A DNA stretch of 53,654 nt from contig JBJFEF010000310.1 in assembly GCA_051890435.1 (NCBI GenBank), positions 1 to 53,654 of the forward strand, given 5' to 3'. The notes under the pieces are model-generated. The model did not search any database and was not told the DNA's origin. It saw only the letters and a program-made list of their open reading frames with translations. A program made the position numbers and the translations under genes. How positions within the stretch are numbered: the stretch's first letter is position 1; every line of letters starts with the position of its first letter. This document shows, one piece after another, positions 1 to 8,460 of this stretch. Origin of the DNA: Muribaculaceae bacterium (lineage in GTDB: Bacteria > Bacteroidota > Bacteroidia > Bacteroidales > Muribaculaceae).

Positions 1-162
1 ATAAATCAAGGCACCGATAGCAAAATTGGCAAAACGAAACTCATTCACAAGCCAAAAACAGCAATATTGAGAAGAAACAGAGATATAAAAATTAGCATAA
101 ATTTAACATATTACCCAAATTTTAAACCATACTTATTACTAACTCTAATCATTACGACTCTT

Positions 163-1860
163 ATGATTAAAAATTATCTGAGAATTGGTGCTATCGGTCT
201 TTTAGCCGCAGCAGCCATGACTTCTTGTTCCGACGAACAGCAGTTTGTCGATTACAATGCTCAAGCCAAGAAGGTCGATGTTCAGGTATTGAACTCGGAG
301 CTTGCTAAAGTTCGTGATTATGTCCCCCTCTATGCTGTTATCGCTCACCGTGGTAGCACTTATTGGACTCCCGAGGAGACTGAGGCTTCTTGGCGTTGGG
401 CTCGCGACATGGGTGCCGACTACCTTGAGTCGGACCTCCAAGCCACTAAAGACGGTGTGGTGCTTTCGCTCCACGACGACAACCTGAAGCGCACCACCAA
501 CATCCAGAGCGTATTCAGCGACCAAGTTCCCGACATCCGCAAGGCTTTCTATCGCTCTCTCACATATGAGGACGGTACTCCTTGTAACTTCTCTGAGGCC
601 GACATCAACGAGCAGTACAACAACGACCTCGGCAACTACTACAGCTACTATCCACGCAACTACTACTATGCCGAGCTCCTTATGCTCGACGCCGGTAGCT
701 GGTTCAACGAGGACAACCTCGAGCAGGCTCGCGCAAGCTTCGGCTCTACCAATAATCCTCTCCAGGAGACTCTCGATGCTTGGCGCGTCAACAAGAACGC
801 TCAGGTGGTTTACACCAACGGTCTCTACATCAGCGCTCTTGCCGACCAGATTGCTTACGCCGAGGGTAAAAAACTCAACCGCGACGCCCAGGGTCGCCGC
901 ATCCTCCCCTACCACGTGAAGAACGAGCTCAAGGGCAAGTCTCTCGTTGAGATTTGCTCGGCTGCACCATCTACCGAGGTTGAAGGCACCATTTGGACCG
1001 CTCAGGCCCGCTACATGGACTTCCTCGTTTACGACTTCAGCAACGCCTATGTTGCCGACGATAAGGACAGCGGAAACCGCCCCGGTATCTACATCGAGTT
1101 TAAAGAAAGCTGGGCTCAGCCTAAAGACATGGAAGCTCGCGTATATAAAGAGCTCGACAAGTGGGGATGGAACATCATCACCAAGCCCGAAAGCAACAAC
1201 CAATTCTACAAGAACGGCAAGGTGAACGTGGGTAACACCAATGGTAAGGTTATCCTCCAGTCGTTCTCGTTCGATGCTACCAACCGCGCATTCCAGGTGT
1301 TCAAGGGTCGCGTGCCTTTCTGCTACCTCCTCTGGACCGACTATCCCGGCGACTATGCTACCGACATCAAGTATGACACCCCGACAGGTGTTGCCGCTTT
1401 CATCAAGACTATGCAAGACCACGGTTGCCACATCATTGGCCCGGCTATCTCTGGTGCCCCCAACAACTATCCTGAGATGAACTGCCCATGGCAAGCCTAC
1501 ATGGTTCGCCGCGCCGGCATGATCAACCACCCCTATTCATTCGACTCTCAGGCTCAAATCACCAAGTACATGGGTTACTGGAACTATGGCTGGGAGACCG
1601 AATTCGACGACCTCATGAAGGTGACCGTGAAGAAGACTCCTTACAGCGTATTCGCCGGCGACAGCCAGACTTGGCCCATCTATATGGACGGTTGCTTCAC
1701 CAACCACACCGAAATGAACCTCAAGTATATGATCGACAATGGTATGCGTTGCAACTCTCAGCTCCCCAACCCATTCCATCCGGGTCAGAACTTCGACAAC
1801 AGCCAGGCTCCTTCTACTGTGCCCGATGCAAGCGAACTGCTTAACCAACTCGGCTACTAA
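163..1860 (+). CDS. Glycerophosphodiester phosphodiesterase (GDPD) family lipoprotein, about 565 aa
   Basis: The track ORF 67..1860 begins at TTG. An internal ATG at 163 gives a lipoprotein-type signal, MIKNYLRIGAIGLLAAAAMTSC|SD. The GDPD signature is AHRGSTYWTPEETEAS...GADYLESDLQATKDGVVLSLHDDNLKRTTN (HRG..PE.T / E.D / HDD pattern). Confidence 0.75.
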   Translation: MIKNYLRIGAIGLLAAAAMTSCSDEQQFVDYNAQAKKVDVQVLNSELAKVRDYVPLYAVIAHRGSTYWTPEETEASWRWARDMGADYLESDLQATKDGVVLSLHDDNLKRTTNIQSVFSDQVPDIRKAFYRSLTYEDGTPCNFSEADINEQYNNDLGNYYSYYPRNYYYAELLMLDAGSWFNEDNLEQARASFGSTNNPLQETLDAWRVNKNAQVVYTNGLYISALADQIAYAEGKKLNRDAQGRRILPYHVKNELKGKSLVEICSAAPSTEVEGTIWTAQARYMDFLVYDFSNAYVADDKDSGNRPGIYIEFKESWAQPKDMEARVYKELDKWGWNIITKPESNNQFYKNGKVNVGNTNGKVILQSFSFDATNRAFQVFKGRVPFCYLLWTDYPGDYATDIKYDTPTGVAAFIKTMQDHGCHIIGPAISGAPNNYPEMNCPWQAYMVRRAGMINHPYSFDSQAQITKYMGYWNYGWETEFDDLMKVTVKKTPYSVFAGDSQTWPIYMDGCFTNHTEMNLKYMIDNGMRCNSQLPNPFHPGQNFDNSQAPSTVPDASELLNQLGY

Positions 1861-1925
1861 TCACATGGCTTCGAAGAAACAAGTGAATACACAGAATTGT
1901 TATATTAGTAAAAACTTTATAAGTG

Positions 1926-3284
1926 ATGAAAAGCTATAAATATATTTTAATGTCGGCTTTGGCTGCTTTCTCTCTCTCTGCCACTGCCCAGGATTTCGAC
2001 TCTGATCCTACTCTCAATATCGACAACAAAGAGAAGCAAGTGAAATTCACCGTAGGTGCTCGCTTCATGGCCGATGCTGCCTACTACCACACAAGCTTCA
2101 CTCCACTTCAGAGCGGCGCCGCTATCACCGACGCTCGTATCCGCACAAGCATGAGCTATGGCGAAAACTGGTACTTCTATGCCGATTTCGGTTTTGGCAA
2201 CGGTGAGTTCTCGCAGAAGAACATCTATTTGCAATATTCCACCAAGGACGACAACCTCACTCACGCCATCAAGGCCGGTTACTACAACGACCCCGCAGGC
2301 TCGATGGCTCGCCAGACTTCGCTAGGTAGCTACCACTTCATCAGCCGTGCCGGCATGAGCAACGCTCTCGGTACAGGCCGTGCTCTCGGTGTCACCTACA
2401 AGACCTACAACGATAAGCTATTCCTCTATCAGGGCATATTCACCGAGAACCAGTACAACAAGATTGAAGCCGGATTCAACGGTGTGACACTGGCTGGTCG
2501 CTGGCTCTATCGCGACATCACAGGCAACGACAAGTGGCACGTGGGTGCAAGCGCTCGCTTTGCTCACCTCGGTGGTGGCGAAACCTTGGTAACAAAGGGA
2601 TCTTCAGTGCTCAAAAAGACCTTCAGCATGGGTCAGTCGCTCGAAACTTTCGTTGACGAGGACGACCAGTTCGTAAGCTGCGAGCTTCCTTGGGCCAACA
2701 ACGTTATCGACCTCGGCGCTGAGGCTCTCTACCTCAACGATAAGGTATTTGCTCGTGCTGAGTATAAGCACCGCATCGTAACCAAGAAGCGCGACTCCTA
2801 CAAGATCTTCATCGCTCAACAGGACAACATCGACGGCTGGGGCGACATCGAGTGGTGGGAAACTGCCAATCAGCTCAAAACCAACCACTTCAACGGCGCT
2901 TACGTTGAAGCTGGTTACCAAATCTTCGGCGGTGGTTACAAATACAACAAGCACGACGCCGTGCTCAGCGGCAACGACAGCAAGTCGCTCGAAGTAGTTG
3001 CTCGCTTCAACTACACCGCTCTCAACAACCTCACCGACGGTGAGTATTTCAACGCCGGCCGTGGTCACTACTACGCTGCAGGCTGGATGGAAGACTGGCC
3101 TGGTACTGGTGCTACTTCTGTGGGTGGTGGCGACATCTACTCCACTACTCTCGGTGTAAACTACACATTCAACAAGTATGCACAGGTGATGCTCAACTAC
3201 ACTTGGCACAACCTCAAGAAAGACTTCTTGCCCTACGACAAGAACTTCCACCAGGTTCAGGCTCGCGTGCAGTTCACATTCTGA
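1926..3284 (+). CDS. Outer-membrane beta-barrel porin, phosphate-selective porin O/P-like
   Basis: ATG at 1926 (the track starts at GTG 1923). The signal peptide is MKSYKYILMSALAAFSLSATAQ. The sequence is aromatic- and Gly-rich with alternating strands, and ends ...VQARVQFTF (a C-terminal Phe is typical of OM barrels). It lies 65 nt downstream of the GDPD gene. The family call is from memory only. Confidence 0.5.
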   Translation: MKSYKYILMSALAAFSLSATAQDFDSDPTLNIDNKEKQVKFTVGARFMADAAYYHTSFTPLQSGAAITDARIRTSMSYGENWYFYADFGFGNGEFSQKNIYLQYSTKDDNLTHAIKAGYYNDPAGSMARQTSLGSYHFISRAGMSNALGTGRALGVTYKTYNDKLFLYQGIFTENQYNKIEAGFNGVTLAGRWLYRDITGNDKWHVGASARFAHLGGGETLVTKGSSVLKKTFSMGQSLETFVDEDDQFVSCELPWANNVIDLGAEALYLNDKVFARAEYKHRIVTKKRDSYKIFIAQQDNIDGWGDIEWWETANQLKTNHFNGAYVEAGYQIFGGGYKYNKHDAVLSGNDSKSLEVVARFNYTALNNLTDGEYFNAGRGHYYAAGWMEDWPGTGATSVGGGDIYSTTLGVNYTFNKYAQVMLNYTWHNLKKDFLPYDKNFHQVQARVQFTF

Positions 3285-3343
3285 TTTCATAGCATGAAAT
3301 GTGGTGGAAAGCACTGCTTTTTCCACCCGACATAACCACATTG

Positions 3344-3382
3344 GTCCTCACACCATCTCCCATCGGTGTGAGGACTTTTTTA
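3344..3382 (+). terminator. Rho-independent terminator after the porin gene
   Basis: An 11-bp stem (GTCCTCACACC at 3344-3354, GGTGTGAGGAC at 3365-3375) with a 10-nt loop is followed by TTTTTTA. Confidence 0.7.
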
Positions 3383-3467
3383 TTACCTGACTATAGAGCG
3401 GCTATCAGCTAAAATGATTACTTCTTCCCATGGTTATATCCATCAGATGACATACATGCCGGTCAAC

Positions 3468-3509
3468 AAAAAATGCGGACTCCCCTCAACAATCTCTCGG
3501 GGAGTCCGC
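3468..3509 (-). terminator. Rho-independent terminator after the GH3 gene (minus strand)
   Basis: An 11-bp stem (GCGGACTCCCC at 3475-3485, GGGGAGTCCGC at 3499-3509) is followed on the minus strand by ATTTTTT (the A-run at 3468-3473). It lies 34 nt past the stop at 3543. Confidence 0.65.
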
Positions 3510-3542
3510 ACATTGCTGTTTCACTATCAATCGACTTAGAGG

Positions 3543-5828
3543 CTATTTCTCCCAGTGGATTTTCAGCTTGTTCAAGTCGCGTGAGTTGGGAGCTATCGCA
3601 ATCTCAAAGTCACCGCTTTCCCAGTCGTATTTCAAGTCGCTGTTGTAGAATTTCAATTGTTCGGGAGTTATGGTGAACGAAACCGTGCGTGTTTCTCCGG
3701 GCTTGAAATCGAGCTTCTTGAAGCCTTTCAATTCAAGTATCGGGCGCGATGTTGAAGCTATCAGATCGGTAACATAGAGTTGCACTATTTCTTTTCCATC
3801 TCTGGTTCCGGCATTTTTCACATCGATACTCACCACAATGGCATCTTTTTCACCTTTCGCCTCACTCTTGCTGGCACGAAGATTTGAGTATTCATAGGTG
3901 TTGTAGCTCAGTCCGTAGCCGAATGGGTAGAGCGGTGAGTTGTCGTCGAGTGGAATGTCGATGTATTTGCTCACGGCAGATTCAGGAATGTATTCCCCGA
4001 TAGCTCTGCCGGTGTGCAGATGGTTGTAGTAGATGGGTATCTGTCCCTTATAGCGTGGGAATGTCATTGTGAGCTTTGCCGATGGATTCACCTTGCCTGT
4101 GAGCACATCGGCAATGGCGTCGGCAGCCTGTGTGCCTCCATGCCATGCCTCAATGAGTGTAGCGAAGGCTGAATCTTCATCGGCGAGCACCAATGGACGT
4201 CCGCTCATCACCACCACTACCACGGGCTTGCCTGTGGCTTTCAGGGCCTTGAGCAATGCCTTTTGGCTGGGTGGCAATCCTATATCAACGCGCGAATAGA
4301 CCTCGCCCGACCAATATGGCTGCTCGCCCACACATGCCACTATCACTTCGGCATCCTGTGCCGTTGCCACTGCTTCGGCTATCAATGCCGCCGATTGCTC
4401 AGTGCCGTCGGTGTCATAAAAGTTGCCATAACCTTCAGTGTCGTGGCAACCTTGCGAATATGTCACCTTGCAGCCGTCGCCAAGGGCAAGTTGCATAGCT
4501 TCGGCTATGTTGTGCGACTTGCGTCCATCGGGGCGTGTGCTCCATGTGCCGTAAAGCTGCTCGGGCGTTTTGCCTATCGGCCCCACCACTGCCACTCGTT
4601 TCAGCGATGCGCTCAGTGGCAACAGTCCGTCGGCATTTTTCAGCAGCACGATGCTTTCACCTGCCAATTGGCGTGCCACTGCCACATGTGCGTCGCAAAG
4701 CAAGCACGCCTGGCGCTCCGGGTCGTCTTTCAGCTTCAGGTAGCGATATGGGTCGTCGAATAATCCCAAGCGGTATTTGGCTTCAAGAATACGTCGCACC
4801 GAGGTGTCAATCATCTTCATTGTCACCTTTTTCTCTTTCAGCAGCTTGACGAGATTCTTAATGTAGGTGCTCGAGCCCATATCCATGTCAAGCCCGGCCG
4901 ACAGTGCCATTAATGCCGCTCCCTCCGAGTCGGCAGCACGGTGAAACACTATCTCGGCCACACTGTTGGCATCCGACACCATAAAGCCTTTGAATCCCCA
5001 CTGGCGGCGTAGCACTTCATCGAGCAGATAGCTGTTGCCCGTGGCAGGGACGCCGTCAACCACGTTAAACGACGACATGCCCGTGCCGCATCCGGCTTCT
5101 ACAGCCGCCTTGTAAGGTGGCAGATAGAAATTGTGCATTTGCCAGCGGCTCATATCCACAGTGTTATAGTCACGTCCACCCTCGGCTGCTCCATAGAGCG
5201 CATAATGCTTGAAACATGCCAGCAACGTGGAGTCGCTGCCAAGGTCCTTGCCCTGATAGCCCCGAACCATTGCCTGTGCTATGCAGCTGCCCAGATACGG
5301 GTCTTCGCCGGCTCCCTCAGCCACACGTCCCCATCGCGGATCGCGGGCTATATCCACCATTGGCGACCACGTCCAGCTCACACCAAGCGATGTTGCCTCT
5401 TTTGCTGCTATCTGTGCTGCACGCTCTATCAGCTCAAGGTTCCAACTTGTTGAAGTGCCGAGTGGAATAGGGAAAGTGGTGCTGAAGCCGTGAATCACAT
5501 CGAGTCCGAAAAGCAGCGGTATGCCAAGGCGCGATTTCTCCACAGCAAGCCGTTGCAGTTTCTCGTCGGCTCCGGCACACGAACTCACAAATCCTTGTGC
5601 CACCGACTCTTCAAGCCCGATATTGCTGTTGAGAACAACCGGGTTGCCTCCGGCACCAAGATTCAGCTGACCAATCTTCTCGGCAAGTGTCATTTTCTTC
5701 ATCAACTCGTCGATAAAGCGGTTCATCTTTGCTTCATCGCTTTGTGCCGGGCACGGCAAAGCCCACACACTTGCTACCACAAGAATGAGTGGGCTTGCCA
5801 TGCGGCAAATTATTCTATTTATACCCAT
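3543..5828 (-). CDS. bglX: GH3 periplasmic beta-glucosidase (BglX-like)
   Basis: There is a signal peptide. GH3 motifs are TLAEKIGQL, GIPLLFGLDVIHG, SWTWSPMVDIARDPRWGRVAEGAGEDPYL and KHYALYGAAEGGRDYN, with the nucleophile region GFKGFMVSDANS. An alternative ATG sits at 5801. Confidence 0.85.
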   Translation of the reverse strand: MGINRIICRMASPLILVVASVWALPCPAQSDEAKMNRFIDELMKKMTLAEKIGQLNLGAGGNPVVLNSNIGLEESVAQGFVSSCAGADEKLQRLAVEKSRLGIPLLFGLDVIHGFSTTFPIPLGTSTSWNLELIERAAQIAAKEATSLGVSWTWSPMVDIARDPRWGRVAEGAGEDPYLGSCIAQAMVRGYQGKDLGSDSTLLACFKHYALYGAAEGGRDYNTVDMSRWQMHNFYLPPYKAAVEAGCGTGMSSFNVVDGVPATGNSYLLDEVLRRQWGFKGFMVSDANSVAEIVFHRAADSEGAALMALSAGLDMDMGSSTYIKNLVKLLKEKKVTMKMIDTSVRRILEAKYRLGLFDDPYRYLKLKDDPERQACLLCDAHVAVARQLAGESIVLLKNADGLLPLSASLKRVAVVGPIGKTPEQLYGTWSTRPDGRKSHNIAEAMQLALGDGCKVTYSQGCHDTEGYGNFYDTDGTEQSAALIAEAVATAQDAEVIVACVGEQPYWSGEVYSRVDIGLPPSQKALLKALKATGKPVVVVVMSGRPLVLADEDSAFATLIEAWHGGTQAADAIADVLTGKVNPSAKLTMTFPRYKGQIPIYYNHLHTGRAIGEYIPESAVSKYIDIPLDDNSPLYPFGYGLSYNTYEYSNLRASKSEAKGEKDAIVVSIDVKNAGTRDGKEIVQLYVTDLIASTSRPILELKGFKKLDFKPGETRTVSFTITPEQLKFYNSDLKYDWESGDFEIAIAPNSRDLNKLKIHWEK

Positions 5829-5835
5829 ATCCGCT

Positions 5836-8334
5836 TTATTTCAAGTTGATTTCCTTGCGCTGATGTATGGCTGTGGTGTTGCTTCCTGCCTCAATGTTGT
5901 AACGGCATGGGTCGAATCTCCAGCCTCCACGTGTAACATCATAGAAGGAGAAGGCATCACAGCCAAGTGTGAATGTCACCTCGCGTGTCTCGCCGCTCTT
6001 CAGCCACACCTTCTCAAATGCTTTCAACTCGTGCTGCGGACGTGCCACTGCAGGGTCGATGGGGCTGACATATAGCTGCACCACCTCCACGCCGTCGCGC
6101 TTGCCGGTGTTGGTCACCTTCAGTGTGCACTTCACCTCATTGGCTGCGGTGCGGCTCACTTGCATGTCGCTATATGCAAATGTGGTGTAGCTTAGTCCGT
6201 AGCCAAAGGGATACATCACAGCCTCTGCATTGCGGTCGAAGTAGCGGTAGCCCACATTCAGGCTGTCGGTGTAGAGCACGTGGTCGAGGTCTTGATATGC
6301 CTTGCGCGATGGATAGTCGGCAAGCGTCTTCGCCCAAGTGAACGGCAGACGTCCCGATGGGTCAATCTTGCCGGTAAGCACTTTTGCCACTGCCGTACCT
6401 GCCTCAAGTCCGGGATACCAAGCCTCTACTATCGATTGTGCATACGGCTCCACGCTGCCAAGCTCAAGCGGCGAACCGTTGAGCAGCACGAGGCTCACGT
6501 TCTTGTTGCAGCGCGAGAGGTTCTCCACCAGTGTCGCTTGCGCCTTCGGGAAGTCGAGGCTCTGGCGGTCACGGCCTTCGGTGTCGATACTATGGTCGAT
6601 TCCTCCCACCACTATCACTGCATCGGCTTTCTTGGCTGCCTTGCGAAGCTTTGCCATCTGCCGTGCCGAAGCATCGCTCTCGGGTGTCTCTATCTCGATG
6701 CGACATGCTGCATCTCCTATGCCACGCGAATAAATCACGCACAAGTGATAAGGATTGCCCTTGCGTATCTCGATGTTGGCTGTCACCACGCCACCGCGGT
6801 TTGAGGGCTGTATCACGATGGGCGCTCCTGCCCACTCGTTGTTATAAGCAAGCAGCGAGCCTCCGCCGGTGATAAACTTCAAAGTATATTTGCCGTCTTC
6901 TTTGGCATGAATCCAGGTATCGAAGCGTGCCTCGCGGAAGTCTTCCACCTTGATTTCTGCCACCGGCGACTTCATCTCCCACATATAGTCCACATTTTCC
7001 ACCACCTTGGTCACCACAGGGTCATTTGAGCCGTGGCGATAGTAGCGGGCATTCACGCCTGCAGTGGTGTCATCGGCTTTGAGCATATCGTTGGGTATCA
7101 GTCCGAAACCTCCCAGGTCGTCCGACGAAATGTAGGTAATCTTGCTCTCACCAAAGGCACGGCGCAAGCCATCGAGCACGGTGATTTCATATGGTGCCTG
7201 CACCCACGAGCTTCCGCCCATTGCCAGCAAACACAGCTTCTTGTCGGCATTCGGTCCGGTAACGAGAATGTTCTTCACCTTCTTTGGATTAAGCGGCAAT
7301 GAGTTGTTCTCATTCTTCAAGAGCACGATTCCTTCCTCTGCCACTTCGCGTGAGGTGGCACAATGCTCCTCAGTGGCTATTTTTGCCTCGGGCAGATTCT
7401 TGTAGCTTCCGTCGAGCATTCCTATGGCGTCATACACTCGCAGCACGCGGCGCACCTTGTCGTCAATCTCAGCTTCGGCAACGCTGCCTTCCTTCACTGC
7501 TCGCAGCAGCGGTGTGCCAAATCCGCAGTGGTCGCCACCGGGCATCGACACATCGAGTCCTGCCCATGCTGCCTTGTGTGTCGAGCGGGTGCCGAGCCAG
7601 TCGGTCATCACATATCCCTTGAAGCCCCATTGCTGCTTCAGCACGTCGCTCAGCAAGTAGCGGTCGTCGCTCACATAGTTATAATTCACACCATTGGCAG
7701 ATGTCATCACCGTCATCACGCCAGCTTCTACGGCTGCCTTGAATGCCGGCAGATAGATTTCGTGCAGTGTGCGCTCATCCACCACCGAGAAGTACATGTT
7801 GCGGTTATCCTCGCGGTTGTTGCAGGCATAGTGCTTGATGCACGCTGCCACGCCCTGGCTCTGTATGCCACGCACATGTGCGGCTGCTATCAGGCTGTTG
7901 AGCAGCGGGTCTTCGGTATAGTATTCAAAGAAGCGTCCGCCAAGCGGGTCGCGCAATATGTTGCAGCCCGGGCCAAGCAGCACTCCGCGTCCGCAAGCAC
8001 GGGTTTCTTCGCCCATCACGGCTCCGGCACGCTCCACAAGGGCGGGATTCCATGTGGCACCAAATGCCACACCACCGGGAAATGCCGTGGTTCCGGTCTT
8101 CGCATTCGGACCACGCGGTCCGTCACAGCACGGCACCACAGGTATGCCAAGGCGTTCAAGCCCCACAAAGCCCATGTCGCAGCCATAGCAAAAGCGCACC
8201 TTCTCTTCGAGTGTCATCTGGCTGATTAGCGCATCGATGCGCTTCTCATTGGCATCTTTCAGGCTCCCTGTTGCCTTGGCTGCGCCAACAAGCATAATCA
8301 GGCACAGAAGTGTTGTCAATAGTCGGTTATACAT
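5836..8334 (-). CDS. GH3 beta-glycosidase with PA14-like insertion
   Basis: The signal peptide is MYNRLLTTLLCLIMLVGAAKA. GH3 motifs are TLEEKV, CNILRDPLGGRFFEYYTEDPLL and KHYACNNRE, with the nucleophile region GFKGYVMTDWLG. An inserted segment (GVNARYYRHGSND...EDGKYTLKFITGGGSLLAYNNEW) resembles PA14. Its stop is 7 nt from the start of the downstream GH3 gene. Confidence 0.85.
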   Translation of the reverse strand: MYNRLLTTLLCLIMLVGAAKATGSLKDANEKRIDALISQMTLEEKVRFCYGCDMGFVGLERLGIPVVPCCDGPRGPNAKTGTTAFPGGVAFGATWNPALVERAGAVMGEETRACGRGVLLGPGCNILRDPLGGRFFEYYTEDPLLNSLIAAAHVRGIQSQGVAACIKHYACNNREDNRNMYFSVVDERTLHEIYLPAFKAAVEAGVMTVMTSANGVNYNYVSDDRYLLSDVLKQQWGFKGYVMTDWLGTRSTHKAAWAGLDVSMPGGDHCGFGTPLLRAVKEGSVAEAEIDDKVRRVLRVYDAIGMLDGSYKNLPEAKIATEEHCATSREVAEEGIVLLKNENNSLPLNPKKVKNILVTGPNADKKLCLLAMGGSSWVQAPYEITVLDGLRRAFGESKITYISSDDLGGFGLIPNDMLKADDTTAGVNARYYRHGSNDPVVTKVVENVDYMWEMKSPVAEIKVEDFREARFDTWIHAKEDGKYTLKFITGGGSLLAYNNEWAGAPIVIQPSNRGGVVTANIEIRKGNPYHLCVIYSRGIGDAACRIEIETPESDASARQMAKLRKAAKKADAVIVVGGIDHSIDTEGRDRQSLDFPKAQATLVENLSRCNKNVSLVLLNGSPLELGSVEPYAQSIVEAWYPGLEAGTAVAKVLTGKIDPSGRLPFTWAKTLADYPSRKAYQDLDHVLYTDSLNVGYRYFDRNAEAVMYPFGYGLSYTTFAYSDMQVSRTAANEVKCTLKVTNTGKRDGVEVVQLYVSPIDPAVARPQHELKAFEKVWLKSGETREVTFTLGCDAFSFYDVTRGGWRFDPCRYNIEAGSNTTAIHQRKEINLK

Positions 8335-8364
8335 ATATCTTGTGGTTTATCATTTTATGTTTTA

Positions 8365-8372
8365 CAAAAATA
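8365..8372 (-). promoter_or_regulatory. Candidate Bacteroidetes -7 promoter box (TAnnTTTG) for the GH3-GH3 pair
   Basis: The minus strand reads TATTTTTG, about 31 nt upstream of the ATG at 8334 and just downstream of a terminator. This is a motif match only. Confidence 0.3.
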
Positions 8373-8388
8373 ATATTTTTTCGTCGTG

Positions 8389-8430
8389 AAAAAAAGCGGC
8401 TTTGTGGCTTTTTTATTGCCACAAAGCCGC
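8389..8430 (-). terminator. Rho-independent terminator after the six-repeat T9SS protein gene
   Basis: A perfect 13-bp stem (GCGGCTTTGTGGC at 8396-8408, GCCACAAAGCCGC at 8418-8430) is followed on the minus strand by TTTTTTT (the A-run at 8389-8395). Confidence 0.7.
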
Positions 8431-8460
8431 AACTCATTCATTACTCAATCACTTACTAAT

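Noticed and set aside
202-1530. A 442-aa minus-strand ORF opposite the GDPD gene, plus several 60-120 aa plus-strand ORFs in other frames (302-487, 566-919, 947-1225 and others).
   Set aside because: These are out-of-frame or antisense artefacts within a gene that has a clear catalytic motif. Their products are S/T/P/R-rich nonsense typical of off-frame translation.
3473-3676. A 67-aa plus-strand ORF starting in the convergent terminator region and running into the 3' end of the GH3 gene.
   Set aside because: It spans the terminator hairpin and the antisense strand of GH3, and has no motif or plausible promoter. It is most likely spurious.
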